From the NCBI GenBank assembly GCA_000934665.2, contig KZ538163.1, positions 62,001-110,817 on the forward strand: DNA of 48,817 nt, written 5' to 3'. A program made the translations under genes and the position numbers. The notes under the pieces are model-generated. The model had not been told where the DNA came from and did no database searches. It saw nothing but the letters and a program-made list of their open reading frames with translations. Source of the DNA: Catajapyx aquilonaris (taxonomy: Eukaryota). Within the stretch, counting starts at the first letter, position 1, and every line of letters begins with the position of its first letter. Below, piece after piece: positions 12,685-27,100 of the stretch.

Positions 12685-13765
12685 TGTTACTCTCACCTTA
12701 TGTAAATGCTAAGTCACATTCATTGTTCGCCGTCGGCTGGTCAGGATTATATAAATTATTTTGCAAAAGGATTTGACCATGAGACAACATATAAAGTTTT
12801 TTAAAATTAAAAATGAAGGCCTCTTCCAATAACATCGATTTTTATCAAATCATACCATTACAGGGCGTCGTAATTTGGTCGTAACATCATAGACTCGAAG
12901 AATACCTCCGCTTTAAAGTTTGCACAATATTTTTAAACCCAGATTAATTTCCCCCCATCTTTGTCAGTCTATTTGTATATTTGTGCTGTGGTGTGCAGGG
13001 CTATTGTTCATGTAATACATAGTGTGGGCAGCTTCCATGCATTCTGTGCGCGTGATCGAGCGGACCAACAACACAATTGGTTAGAAAGTGAGTTAAGCGC
13101 AGGTAATTTGGGGGGCTATAATGAAGCGCATAGGCCCCCGGTAATCAAGAGAAGTACGGGGGGGGGGGGGTGGCTTCAACATTATCACAGTGCGAGAAGC
13201 TTCCATGATGCGTTGCATTGCAACGAGATAATTCAGAGTAAGCAGAGTACTCCCTAGGAATTGACAGAATATTTATTTGTGAAGTTGGATATTTCAATTT
13301 CACATAATATGATTCATCCTGGCCTGTGTGCAACCCAAGTGTCTCTCTTGTGCTGCATGCCGCATAAAATCAAGGCGCTATGCAATTATAACGTGACATT
13401 ATAACGCAACGTAATAATGCCTATATGCACCTCACCTTATTGTGGCATGTTTTACTTACCTAATAAAAATAAATAGCATCGGTGCTGAGCTATCCTCCAA
13501 ATCGCCCCAGGTATGGGGGGATTACCTAGCAGAATTCCAATCTTGTGTGATGTAAAATGGTGTTCCCATCTCTCCGGCTGCAGGAATAAATTGCGATTGA
13601 CGGAGGGAGACCTCCCACGACGGCTATTGATTAAGGGCCAGTCTAGCACCCCTCTCCCAGCCCCCCTTGATAAAACCAACCCCCCCTCTTTTCCCCTCGT
13701 CGATATTTGGATCAGAAAATTTCCACCGGCATGCCCGAAAGGGGGGTGTGGTCCTCATTTTTTTT

Positions 13766-13816
13766 NNNNNNNNNNNNNNNNNNNNNNNNNNNNNNNNNNN
13801 NNNNNNNNNNNNNNNN
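13766..13816. other. Assembly gap (N run)
   Basis: Run of Ns between a T tract and a G tract. Confidence 0.99.
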
Positions 13817-16800
13817 GGGGGGGGGGGAGGCGGTTCCTGCCCGTCTTGGAATCGATTCTCAATTTTTGCCCCATTTCACCCTTATTTTCTCTCCTTTGAA
13901 ACTTGCCTCATGTTCTTTTCCACATTTTTTTTTTCGTAACCGGAGTTTTGCTCTCTGGTTTTCTTAATTTATTTTCTTGGAAGGTTCCCTTCCACCAATT
14001 TTTTGGGAGGGTCCGAAATTCTGAGTCAACATCAACCGCGGCTTGTTGAAGATGGTTTCGGACGGAGGAAACCTATCACGTCACGTTTGTTTCCTAATCG
14101 TTTCCGTCGAATCCGGAGTAGACGATTCCGATGGGTTTGCCAGAAACTCCCCGAGTTTCCTCCGCAAGAAAGATTTATATCTGAGCAGACCCGGCACCAT
14201 TTTACCACGCCTCTCCCCTTTCCCTTCCTTCCTTGATCCCAAACCCATTGTGTATGAAGTTTATGGACGTGTTTCGTCGACAAATAACTGGAGGAGGAGG
14301 AGGAGGAATCGATATTGTTATTAACTTTTGTTTCTCGAGCTGCACGGTTTAGTGATTCCTAGGGAACATCAGGCAATGAGAGAAAAGTTAACTTTGCATC
14401 GAGACTAAATTACGAATCTGCTTGGCTGGGGTTCATCGTTTTAAATCACTTACAAGCTCACTTCTGCGAAGTATCGGGGAAAGTTTACGCCTTTTTTTCA
14501 ATAATGCTGCAGATTTTGGGAGAAGCTGTGAAGCAAGAGCTGGGATATCGATCCCCACAGATTCTACAACGGCAATTACCCATCTCCTGCTGTTGAAGGG
14601 CTGAAAACGTTTGCCTTGCACATCTACACCCCTGGCGCCGAGAGAAAACGTCTGCAGAGACGCCCTTCCCCATATTGCTCAGACTTTCCAAGGAGAGAGA
14701 CAGGGTGGGCCAATTGGAGCGTTGCTGTCACCCAAGATGTGATCTGGTACCGATAAAGTGTATGCTGCGTCATCAGCACTTTGAGTTTCAATCTCGCCTA
14801 ATTTATTTCCCCCTAGCCTTTGTCTTGAAATCTGAAGGATGATGAACCTTTAATCCGAGGCAACAACCACTTAATAATCCTAGCCGCCTATCCGGAGCAA
14901 TAATGGGCCGAAATCTAAAGACAAGGTATTTAAGGGGGAAACCCAAAATACTTTCTTGCAGGCCGTAAATGGTGGAGCCCAATTCGTGGACCATGTCAGC
15001 GACTGAGTAGCACAAATTATATGACGTTCACGCCCCACTTTCCAAGACACTCCTCCACTACTGCTTGCAGGAGAGCAGTGAAACGGTCATGAAATAGTTT
15101 TATACCCTTAATTCACGACTTTGCCGATATAAATGTTCGCTCAAATAAAGCTTTATTGTTGGGATTTACAATGCATAGGCGAGCATCTGCTTCGCGAGTA
15201 ACAGGGTCGTACGTCTGGTGAACTCTCACAATGAAATGCAATAAGACTTGGTGAAGACCAAGCGATACCGGTGGCGCTTTTTACGGGTTTCTTCCCGATT
15301 TCTTTTTTTTTCGCTAACTGTCGAAAATTTCCTGGACAGTTTCTCCAAGGAGAAGAAAAAAAATATGCTGAGAGTAATCACAACCTGCAGAGAGAAGGGC
15401 GACAGGCCGGGACAAAGTGGCTGGCAATTTAGTCGAAAGGGGGGACCTTCAAGAAGAGGGTGGGTGGGTGGAAAGGGTTTCTTCTTTCGATAGTCGTCAT
15501 CACCAGGGGAGGAGGACGCCTCCGGGTGAGATCCGGAGCGACGTTATTGAAAGATTACAGTCCGGGGGTCCTAAAGCTGGCGCCTTGCAGCAAGCTCAGT
15601 CTTCTCTTCTCTTCTCCCCAGGGGGACGCAGACCATTCTCAGTGGCTCCCCCTCCCCCCCTCCTCTTTTCTCACCACCTCAACTTCAGCGTGTGACTTAA
15701 TTCACAAACAACAGCTAATGGACTCCCGAATGGATGCTCTGCATTACTGATCCTCGGCAACGGACTTGAAAGGCGCGTACTGAATAAGACGCCTCATTTT
15801 CAGGAGACGCCAGCCGAATCTTTGTCGGGAATTCCAAGCAGAGAAAGGAGCCTCGTTTTATAATCCTGTTAGGATCATCCCTATATCCCAAGAAAAATTC
15901 TGGGCTGGTTTTTTTTTTGTAAGGTTCTGCATGTGTAAGGTTGGGTGTTGTTAGACTTATCTGTGCCAGCAATAAATCCAATAGGATTTGCTCCAACTCG
16001 TGCTGAACAATTTCCCATCTTCACTCTCGTTCAATCCACTTTTTTGTTGTTGATAAGTTGAAGCTGCTATCATAGATCTATAGTATGTTTATCAGGAGTA
16101 GCCAATGAATCTGTTTCGCAGATCTGGGAATTTAATGGTTTGCGCGTAACCGTATTAGCAGATCACTGTCATTTCGCTGTACCCTCAGTGGACAAGGCTT
16201 AAAGCTTAATTACATGCCAAATTGTCTTAATTATGTCAGGATGACGCATCACCCGCGTCACACGTCACAACAACGTTCACTTTATCCGACAGCCCGAGCG
16301 AAGAAAACACCCGGCGACACGGATATCGCGTTAGACCTACACGCGTTTTTACTAAAACTAATCATGTCGCATCACAACCCAGATGGACCTGGCTACATTT
16401 TCCACCGCGTCTGTCCATCTGGGAATGCTTCCAATTTCATTTAAAAATAATATTTAACACCCTTTTGTGCTGGCCTTATTAGGAACAGGTGTCCGAGTAT
16501 GTCCGAGCATGTCCCGAGAGGAGCCGAGAAAGTTCGTCCAATAAGCAAGCAGGCAGCATAACACTGCAAGCTCTCTCCCTGGGATCTGCTGGAACGGAGA
16601 GAACACGACAGCGCCTTGTCTTTTGCAGATAATTGGATTTTGGGGAGAAGGGGGATAGTGGGAGGTATATTGGCTGCTGGAAGTAGTAGTAGTACAGTAG
16701 TAGTAGACTGGAGGGGGGAGACTTAAGCCAGGAGAGTTGTGCCCGGAAAGTTCCTACGGAAAAAAAGAGCTGAATTTAGCATGACAAAAGTGGCCTTCAT

Positions 16801-18152
16801 TACCACTGCCCTCTGTCCCATTTGGTTTCCAGCGCTTTTCATCGGGGCGGGAAAAAGCGCCGGGGGATGAAGACAAAGGACAACTCTCCCCCACTCTGTC
16901 CCCCAGTCCAACCAGGACAGAATTTTACTTTCGGGACGTGCAAAATCCGGACGAAAAAAAACTCCACTTTGAGCTGAAGTTTAGCATGGGTGCAAGTCAG
17001 GCGTGGCTCCCCCCCCCCCTCTTTTTCAAAGCCTGGAATAATGTCAATCATTTTACATATGAAGTGATGCAAACAGGAGGATTTCCCAGTGTTGGACCCC
17101 CCCTTCTGCACTTATCTACTGCAAATTAGCTGGAGCGGACATTGCACACCGCAGCATCCACTCTGGACCAGAGATGAATTCAAGAGCAGCTTTTCCTTTT
17201 CGGTTACCATTATAGTCCAAAACTTCGCACCTGGCCCACTTCTGGATGTTGCCCAAAACCAGAAGCTTGCCAGGAGTGTGCCTAGATAGTCTCAAGAGAC
17301 ACATTTTTTTTGACCTCATTCAAATCAAGGCGAGAGAATAAACAGTGTGCTCCGGAATGATTAACATTTCAAACGGCGCAGTTGTCGTCCCCAGCACATA
17401 TGCACTCACGTGGGACTTTGGGAAAGGAAGAAGGGATGTTAATTAGTTCCGCTTTTCAGCGGACTGGATAGAACACTCGGATGGGGAGTTACTGGTGAGC
17501 GGAAGGAAGCTTATTGCCTGCACAGCGGTCGCCGCCTTGTTGGAAGACCAATTACCCGACCTGTATACCGAACCGACCCCGCTAATGATGTTATATCGGG
17601 GAGATTAGATGTTGGTGGAGAGGATAGGGAGAGGCGGGGAGGGGGGGAGAAAGAAAAAAATATGGAGTTCCAATGAGTGAGTTTCCGATTTTCACAGGGG
17701 TTTCTAAAAGCAGGCACTTAACTTCATTCCGAACTTTGAACAATTCGGATTTTTTTCAGTGTTGTATAGTTTACAGAGGTCCGTCAGTTTGCTGAAGCTT
17801 CGGCTCATAAAGAGGCTAACTTTAATCCTAAGAGGAAAAGGGAGGGTGCTCCAATAATGCGGTTGAGTTGTTCAGTCTGCTGGGAGATGTATGGCGAGGG
17901 GCGACGTTTCACCCTCCCAATTTGCGATTCATTTCGATAAATTAGACAGATTTTTGGAGGGGAGGGGAGGAAGCTAATTGTTGGGAGGATGGGGCATGTA
18001 ATTGAAGGTGCGGTAAATCACACATCTAGATTTACGGGCGGATCGATTTTTGTGTGTGTGGGTGCGACTCTCATACCCGTGGTAAGATCTTGTGGTACAT
18101 TATTCAACGTTTGAGAACCGGTGAATAATTATTCTCTCTTCTTCCTTTGCAG

Positions 18153-18197
18153 AACGAAAAGAATCAAATCATGAAGTCAAATGTGTGGCTCCGATTG
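18153..18197 (+). CDS. nAChRbeta1: nAChR beta1 45-nt exon, loop D (NEKNQIMKSNVWLRL)
   Basis: Acceptor cttcctttgcag|, donor |gtaagt; the typical 45-nt nAChR exon; contains loop D Trp and Arg (CGA 18192-18194). Confidence 0.97.
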
Positions 18198-21100
18198 GTA
18201 AGTCAACTTTTTTTCCCCCCTCTTTCAACCTTTTTTTTAGGGAAAGCGAATGGCGAGACTTTCAGGGGAATCCGCAATTTCCCAGTCACCTTACTCGCTT
18301 TAAGTGTTTACTTAAGTGCCGCATAGTGTCAAGCCTCCTAGGAATTTCCGCGATGGAAAGATATTTCCCAGCTTTTCCACTTTTGAGCCAATTGCGGTTG
18401 AAGGTGTGCGCATCTCGGGCGATCAAGCCCTCGAGTTTCCTTTTGTGCTCAGGCACAAAAGGCATGCACGACACGTCGGGGGTCATATTCATTTGGTGAC
18501 AATTATCCGGGAGCATGGCTGCTATTTAATAGCGGCTCATGCATGGAAGTTTGCAGCCGCGGCATCATTCCCGCCTGCAAATCTCCCGAGTAATGGTCCG
18601 GGTGCCTTTGTCTTGTATTTCTCTTCCCAAGGGCCGTTAGCATGGGAGCTTCCTCCTACGTTTCAGCAGCCGGATAACCTAATTGTTTAGAAAGTCTCTT
18701 GTTACCAACAGCGATATGTAAGCAAGTAATGCCTCCCTTTTTAGTTGGAGCGAAAAAAAGAGCAGAGCTTTTCTTCACCTTCTCTCTCACCTCCGTCGTC
18801 TGAAATAATGAAAAGTTGATGTATGTGATCGGCTTGCATCTTCCCCCCGTGCGCTTATATCGCGTTTCTTCCGCGCTAACGAGCAAAAACTGAATTCTCA
18901 CCCTCTTGCGATCCGTCTTCAGTAAGTAAATTGGAAAGCGCGCTGGAGCAGGAGGTAATTTCTCCGGATTGTGTTTCTGAATAATTCCAGATATTAGTTT
19001 TGGATTGCGTTTCTGTTTTGCTCCTCTCTATATTATATTTTGTGTGTGTTCTGGTCCATGTGTGCCCCCACCCTGGTGTGTGTGTGTTTGCGGAATGCAT
19101 GCAGAATGTGCATACATTGGGCGTGAAGCAGGTGTTTGACCAGCTAAATGAGTTGCATGCCTGAGTCGAGCAGAAAACCGCAATACTGTCAAACCATACT
19201 CTGCTTGTGCTCTCGATTGGAGTGAATCACAGGAGAGTAAACGCGTCTAAACTGCGGCACAGCCCTCGCTCCATACGATTTGGATTTGTGCATAATACTC
19301 GGGGTCGGCCAAAAACATGGGAGTCAATAATCCAATATGGTCGCAAGTTGTTGGATTCACCCCCCTCCCCCTCCCCCCACACCCATCCCTCCCCAATCCG
19401 AATTGGCCTATCAAATGACACGAGAGCTGTGGAATCATACGGGGCTATACAGCCTGGGAAACAACGCCATAATGGCTGCCGGGTGAGCGATGAGTGCGGG
19501 GCCCGGCAAAAGCCCCGCCGGAAGTAGACAAGTTGAAGCAGGTCGATGGCAGGCAGACCACTTTGCGGGCTTGCCCTGGGGGTCACCAGGAAAGCCCTCA
19601 GTCCACAAAGGTTGCTGTGGACACGACATATCATCCCTTGTACTGTGTACGCTACACACCTCAGGGTACACCCGGGTGGAAATCATTCGCTTATTACTTG
19701 GCTATAACGACAGAAAGGCCCACTTATCACCATGGTTAGTACCTGGGCTTATGGGGAAGTAAGTAACCCGCGGGTTTTGCGGCATGAAAATGGTGCGTTG
19801 AGTTAGGAAGGGAAAAGGAGCATCATCTCGAGCCGGCTCCCAATGAATGATGCATCAGCCAACTGACGCCTCTGCGACAACTTGGCCATCCTGTTTGCTA
19901 ATCGATCAAGAGAAAAGGGAGAGAGAGAGAGAGAAGATGGTGCTGCTTCTGCACTTCCTTCTTCCAAAAAAAGGAAGGTTGACTATAGTCTGCCTCCCAA
20001 AAATTATGCCCTGACCATCGACGCATAATAGTCGTCATATATCCCATGCATATTTAAAGCGCAATTCCATTCAGAAAATTTCGTGCCGGATCCAAAATGG
20101 CCGTGTAAAAATTTAAGCAGCAAGGAAGCTCCTTTTCCAGTCTCCCGCTGGGAATTTGTATCTGGAAAAAAAGGACAATAATTGACACAAGACCTGAACT
20201 ATCTGTCGTGGGTATAGGGGGGGGAAAAGTATGGAACTATCCTGTATAGCCTGGAATCTTCTTCCCATGGCGGGTGCCACAGAGGCCATAAACGTCTCTG
20301 ATTTTAATTACGGAAAGCGGCAGCGTTGAAGTAATTTTGAGGCGGGACAGGCACAGTCCCCTGAGGCTGAATTATGGCTGCTGTCCATGTAGAGTGCATT
20401 CTGTTTGCCCCCCCAACATTGCCATTCGTCTGGAGGGCCACCTAAACTAGAGGGGGGGGGGGGGGTTGCAGTTCCCCATTATTATCCGGGACCAGTTTGC
20501 TTGCACACGGGGATGAATGCGGATCGAATATGTGCACAGCATGAACTGATTACCACAAGTGAAAATTAAGCAAAAAATTAATTTAAAAAACGTGACAAAT
20601 TAATGTGGTGCTAAAATTGCTAAATTAGTTCGCGTAAAGCTAAATCCGGCATTTTCTACCAACCTGTACAGTATATACAGAGCCGTGACATACTGTAGCT
20701 TTGCATCTGTCAAACTGTAGCTTGTTGCAAATTCAGTTCTCGGCGGTGTGCCCCATTTGGCGGCGATAATTTATTGCAGATTTTAAGGAGCGACTTAATG
20801 CAGTAAATGCGTGAGACTCCGGACTTGATATATGTAATCGGATTAATATCCAAAATTCAGTCGGGTCTCCTGCCCTGGGTCCGACCGCTTCTCGTTACTG
20901 ATGAAAATTTGAGAAGCTTCCTGCTGGACCTTCTGTGACGGGCCAGCATGCAGTGGAGCCCTGTAGGTGACAGTGTTGACAAACCGCGCTGACAGACTCT
21001 CATATTGGCAATTTGCAAAGTAAATATGCGGGGGGTGATGTGCAACCGGGGTGCCATTTGAAATGGCCAGCCACGAAATGAATGTTGCTCAAAAGTAGTG

Positions 21101-24100
21101 GGCTACAAAAAAAAAGCAAGTTTGCCTTGCTTTTACTGTTTGCTTTATACAGGTATATACACTTCTGGGCCTTCATAAAAAAAGCTTCACTCTAATTTAC
21201 GCAGTATAGTACTACAGTCCACTACATTATTATTTGACTTGCCTGCCCTGGCTCGCCGTTATTACGCGGTATATAGGCTACACACGATGCATTGTTTACA
21301 TCATCTGAATAGTATGTGTGCCTACAGCATTTTCCCTTAGGCTGACATCTGTGAACACACACCCATATGATGCAAACTATCATGTAAAAAATATGACTTA
21401 TAATGTGGATTTTGCCACATACCGTTAAAATCATGCATTATCCTATAACTTCGCACCTGGGGAATAATTATGGCCTGTAAAGAGAAGTGAGCATTTCGGG
21501 CATGTTGAAAAACTGGAAAACACTCCGCTGCGCAGTTTCATTAATTTGGCTAATTTCAGACGTCGTTTTCAGGCAAAATGTGCTAAACGTTTTATTAATA
21601 GCGGCTTAAAAATCCATTTACATACTGTCCGAGTATGTGCGTTTAACGTGTTGGTAATATTATAATTTGTAATATAAAAAATTCTATAAGGTATAGAATA
21701 TCTAGTGAATTTTAGTAACATATTGACGTTCAATTTATTATCATGATTAGTTAATTGCTATTTTTATCTTCCCATTTATCCAGCTTTTCCCCGCAAGCAT
21801 AACAATATTTCCAGCGTAGATGTTATTACATTAATTAATTAAATGCATTACTAACATAAGTTGCCTACAGTACCCGTGCCCCGCACTTGCCTGTATCCTC
21901 ACATCTGAAACGGTATAATTATAATAACATTGAAATTTTAAGACACATTAAACTAAAAGATGAATTCAACATTTAATATTCTGCTTCGTTTTTATTCGGA
22001 CCAAGCGTTGCTTGCCAAGCACTGTAGTAGCTATTGCTCGTATAAATTACAACTGTTTCAGAAGTAATGCAAAACATATTACGGCCCTGCACCCAAAAAA
22101 AACTTAAGTGAATAATATTTTTTCAGCTGGTATTATCCATGCAGAAAGTTCCAGTGCAGCGGGAGTGGAAAATCAATGCCAGACGATATTTTTCTCTCTC
22201 TCCCTTTCTGCAATGTGCGGTACGATGTTGGTGGGCGTGCCTTTGGCCCGGAGGGTAGATAAGAGAAAGCATAACATAATGAATCTCCAGGAACGTCATT
22301 AAGGAAATATGTTTTCCTTTCAAATTGGCTGGGACTGGTGGTGGCTGCTCGCGGGAAAAAGCCCTTTTCGCTGCAGCAGAAAAGCAAAGCAAGCATCGCA
22401 AGAGAAGAACCGCAGCAGCAAAACTGGCTCATCAGCCATGGGGAGGCGCTTCAAATAACAAATGGGGGGGACGAAAGGGATTGATAGTCCGGACCGCCAA
22501 CAAAATTGCAGTCTGCGGCTTGGAAAAGGGGGGGGGGGGGTATAGGGTAGTGGGTGGTGGGGAGGGAACGAAACATGTCAATGTCCAGAGCGAGGGTGCC
22601 AAACCGGGGGAAATAGAATTAATGCCTGGGCGACACTCGTGGTAATTTCAGTCAGAGCTGGTGCAGCAGGGGTATGTCCATTTACTTATCTGCATATTTG
22701 TATCCATCCGGGGAGGCTCAGGTTAGTTGGAGGCCACTGTTACTTTGGTTGACAACACTCTGGGCGCCATACGTTTTGGCAGAGAGCAGATGTGTCATTG
22801 GTTGAAGGATTGGCTGACCAGTCTTTTCACAAGGAAGTTCTCTGTTCAAGCGAATTATTTTAAAATTTCTCCTACTGTCCACGTAGTGCTAAATGCCTTT
22901 CATAGATGGCGCATTATGCTCTCTGCACACTCCTGCCACTCGGATCGTGCGAGGGGTAATGGTACTATCACCACAAACAAGCAGAAAGAGAGACAAAGCC
23001 CATTACACCTATATGATTATCCTTAATGGTTGTGGTGATATGTCGTTAAGGATTGTGCAAGTTTCCTTGCTTTTAAAAACCGCACCAGTCGGTGTCAGGA
23101 CTTTGCAGTTTGGCTAACAGCCGCAGCCTCCTTTCTGAAACTTGCTTCTTGTTGCGGAGCTCAAAATTGCCTGACAGTTATTTTACGGGGGAGGGGGGGG
23201 GGGTCCTTCAAAATTAGATTCGTGACGTTCATCTAAATCTTCGGAATAACACGTCAAAAAATAAAGTTTCCTCATTTACTTAGCCGGCGGACCTAATTTC
23301 CCCCCCAAAACTTGCTGCTTGGTTGGGGAAGGGATTGCAAAAAATCTCGCAGTGACTGCATTGGGCTTGTGATTTTGTGTTATATCGACGAATCTTCCTT
23401 ATGAAACCCCCATCCTTTTCTCCCCACCTCCTTTTCACCCTCTTCTTTTAAAGCCAGCTGCCAAAACTGTCGAAACAAATTATCCTCCAAAAGGCTTCTG
23501 GTTGTGACAGCTACGGATTTGAATCTCTTCCTTTAAAATAAAGGGGGTTAAATTATGATTTTTTTTCCAAAATTCCATCCAGCTTTTCAGTCGCTTTCCG
23601 GTGCGTTGAATATGAACTTTGGCAACTATCGGCTAATAAGATTGAACGGAGCGTAAATCTGAACTTTGTGTCTGATTCCTAACCTGATCCGAAGTGACGT
23701 ACATTCGCAAGACAGGGCGGGAACTCTTATTTTTTTTCCGAATGAAACGCACAATTTTGGCGAATGGCGATATCCCAATCCTTCTCCTGAATCTGAAGAG
23801 ACGACCCCCGCCTTGGTTTCCTCCTGGAAATGAGCTACGTGGCCTTCTTTGGAAGCTATGCCGCGTTTTCCTCTCATGCAGCGACAGAGACTGTAATATT
23901 CAGAAAAGCCGAGAGGCAAAAAGTGGGGTGGGGTTGAGGTCGAAGAAGTAAGGAATAATGTGAAGGCAGAGAGAAAATGGTGGGCTCCTTTATTGGCAGA
24001 CAGAGCGATTCAAATTGTGGCAATATCAGGTGAAGTGGCTGACGAGGGCGTGCCCCTTTGCTCTAGCCTCTGATCAGGATTGGGGTCTAAGCGATTTGAA

Positions 24101-27100
24101 TTTCCTCACCCAGACTCTTATTGGAAATCAATTCATCTTACCCTACCCCCGGTGCCTTTTTCCCTTCAACATATGCGTGGTTCCATGTTGGTATACACGG
24201 GTCGAATGGAGCTGAGAAATTCGGGCTGACGAGCTGCAGACCCAATGCGGCTTAAATCGGTATCAACGGCGGTAAAAGGGCGTAATTTCACGATTTTTAG
24301 CATCGATTCGGAATCCCAAGTAATTTAAAGACCGGGTGGATTCGGAAGAAATTGGAATTTCAGAAGGGCGAATCAGTTGTGTCGCTGATTGGAAAGGATA
24401 TTCATGGGATATAAAGTGGCCTATTGGAATTAAACTAATTTTTTATCCGCACTACAAGAGCAAGAATAATCAATAAATTATGTAAAATCTGACCGTGACC
24501 TTATCTGGTTATTCCATATCAGCAGTTAATTTTTGGAGCACTTTCGATGAAATCGTCCGCTTTCAGTAAAAAAAGTTCATAAAACTCTGAAAGTTCATTC
24601 CAGATGTAAATCATTTCGGCCTCTCCCTCTCCATTACGGCAATTTCCTCTTCATAACATTAGGTTAGATTGGGTACTGGCATGTCGCTGAGGTGAAGGAT
24701 GAGCCGCTATAAAGTTCTACCATGGCGGTTTGATTTCACCCCGCGATAACCGAGATAATTGTATGGATTAGTGGAAGGGATTCGATCCGCGTGGAAATGG
24801 AATAGAGCGCATTGTAAAAGCCCGTGTAAAATCCGAATCTGATATCTCCCCCCTCTCCCCCTTCCCCCTACCCCAGCTCTTCTTTCTTCTCCGGATAGAA
24901 ATCGCATCTAGAAACCCTGCAATTAAACCTATATATCCACAATGACCGTAATCTCCCCCGCTTTAAATCATGGTCCTAGAAAAGACCCCCTAAAGCGCCA
25001 GGAATGCCAACATAATTTTACTTATATGTTAACCTTTTCATGTCTAACCTAATTGCACTATATTAATCTAACCTATCGCCAGAAATATCACGACCATCAG
25101 AACTGTAATGATGATGTTAATTGCATTTCAGAAACATGTGGAATTACACAATTATGAATTTGGCAAAATAAATGAATTTTCTCTATTTACAGCACGTGTG
25201 ATACTGGGATATCATCTTAAAATGTATAACGGAATTATATAAAAATTACTGCAGATGTCCTTAACTAGAGTAAGAACACAATTTGGTAATGATTTTGAAA
25301 CATGCTCCGAAAGAAATATGATAATCACACATTTTAGCTCAGGCATTACATTTCTATAATTGCTAAGCTTCAAATAACAATTATTTTACGTACCGGTACA
25401 TTTACCATGGAAACTGTGTTGGCAACCGAGAGATTTTCCGGCCTTTTCCCTTTTCCCTCCCCTTAAATCTTCTCCTAGCCAATGACATCGCCTCCCAAAA
25501 GTTTCTGATATATCTCGGCACAGGCTCTCCCCTCAGACTTGATTCCACAGCATCCTGAGCTTCCCTCCGCCTTTGATAGTCGCAGTCACGCGGAATGGCG
25601 TAAAGCTTGGCTTGGCTGTTAAATAATTCGTGGGGGCTGCCCTGCTCCAGTGCCTCGTGTCCTCCGACTGCCAAGGGTATTCTCATCAGCAGCCAAGTAG
25701 AGACAATGAAGTGGGAAGGTAATTAGGGGGAAGTGTCCAAAGCGAAATTGCGGAGCTTCTGTGCGTTTTGGTGACAAAGGAAAAGGCTCCTTTTCCCAAG
25801 GAAGAAGGGTGGGGGTGGGATGCACTCATTTTCAGCCTCAGGAGAGAGACTGGATCATGTCGCCTGCATTAATTTTCGGATACAAAAAGTTTTGCACGTG
25901 ACGGGTTTTCCCTTGACAATCGGAGGAGAAGCCTTTACTTGGGTATTGTCAGGACAGGGGCGGTTATGGAGTCGGATGAAGTATTGCTCTGCTTGACACG
26001 GTTTCACCTCCCATTGTCGAGAGGAGCAGCCCTCCGCGCCTCTTGGACTGGATTGAAACCATTTGTAACTTTTTACATTCATTTTCAGTTCCCCCGTGTA
26101 GAATGACTCGAGACTGTCATTGTCAAGCGTTTTCTTTTGTACGGATTTTGCACAAGTTGGCGTTCCCTTTTTAGCCGGTTTTAAAGCAATCAGGTTGGCA
26201 AGATTTGGAATAACAGCGAGCCTTTGTTCTTTTAATGGCCTGAAAAAGATTAAGTTCTTTCGAAATGTTGATTTAAGTACAAATGTGTCTGTATCAAGTG
26301 TTTCCTAATCCAGCGATTCCTGAAAACTTGTATTTTCAACTCACTGTCAGTGGATCATTAAAAATTATAGACACACCCAGCATGAAACATTTTGCTTCAA
26401 TATTTTAAATTCCTAAACGTGACAGTCTTTCAATCCATGTCGTACTGTACCGTAACTGAACAACCGCAACCTTACAGGACTTTGACTCCCACAAAAGCGA
26501 ATCCCCTTTTGTACACTCCTGGCTGACAGCACTCTGTCATTCTGTGTGCCACCCCCGTTAATGAAAAAGTCAAACCATGCCTGAACATAATGTCCTGGAG
26601 ACAGGAAAAAGACTGTTAGGCGCGGAAAACCGTCGCTGATAACTCCACCCTGATTGAGCCCATCCTGAGGCCGCCTTTTTGGCAGGCGAATATCCATAAT
26701 GGCGGAGTAAGAGCAGCTGGGAACCCAGCGATACAGCACGAAAGCAAGCCAGAGGCGGTTTTTAGAAAGAAAAAAGACAAAAAATCGAGCTGGATCAGTC
26801 AAGAGAGAAGACATGTCTATGCATTCAAAACATGTCGTCTCTATTAAGTCTATCGCTGTTATAAATAATTTTGGGAAAAATTGTCTCCTGCTGAATGGAT
26901 ATCGGATGTATCCAACCCCATTTTTTGAAAATTTGTAGAATCTTTGCACTGTCTTATGGTGCTGCTTTGTATGTCGGACAGATCGGACAATAATTTCTGA
27001 GAGGAAAGTTTGGTTCGCTTGACGCAGCTGTTTGTTTCGCCCAAGTTATTGTTCCATTGTGGAGATTTGGAGATTTTTCGCCGGTGCATTTGACCAGCAG

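Noticed and set aside
8170..15130. 13-bp inverted match tatcggcaaagtc (8170) / gactttgccgata (~15117)
   Set aside because: It does not extend, and matches of this length are expected by chance in 49 kb.
22830..23070. Possible degraded SINE or transposon fragment (tagatggcgc motif)
   Set aside because: No Pol III boxes, TIRs or TSD could be identified.
26413..26949. 178-aa minus-strand intronic ORF
   Set aside because: No recognisable domain, codon bias or splice structure.
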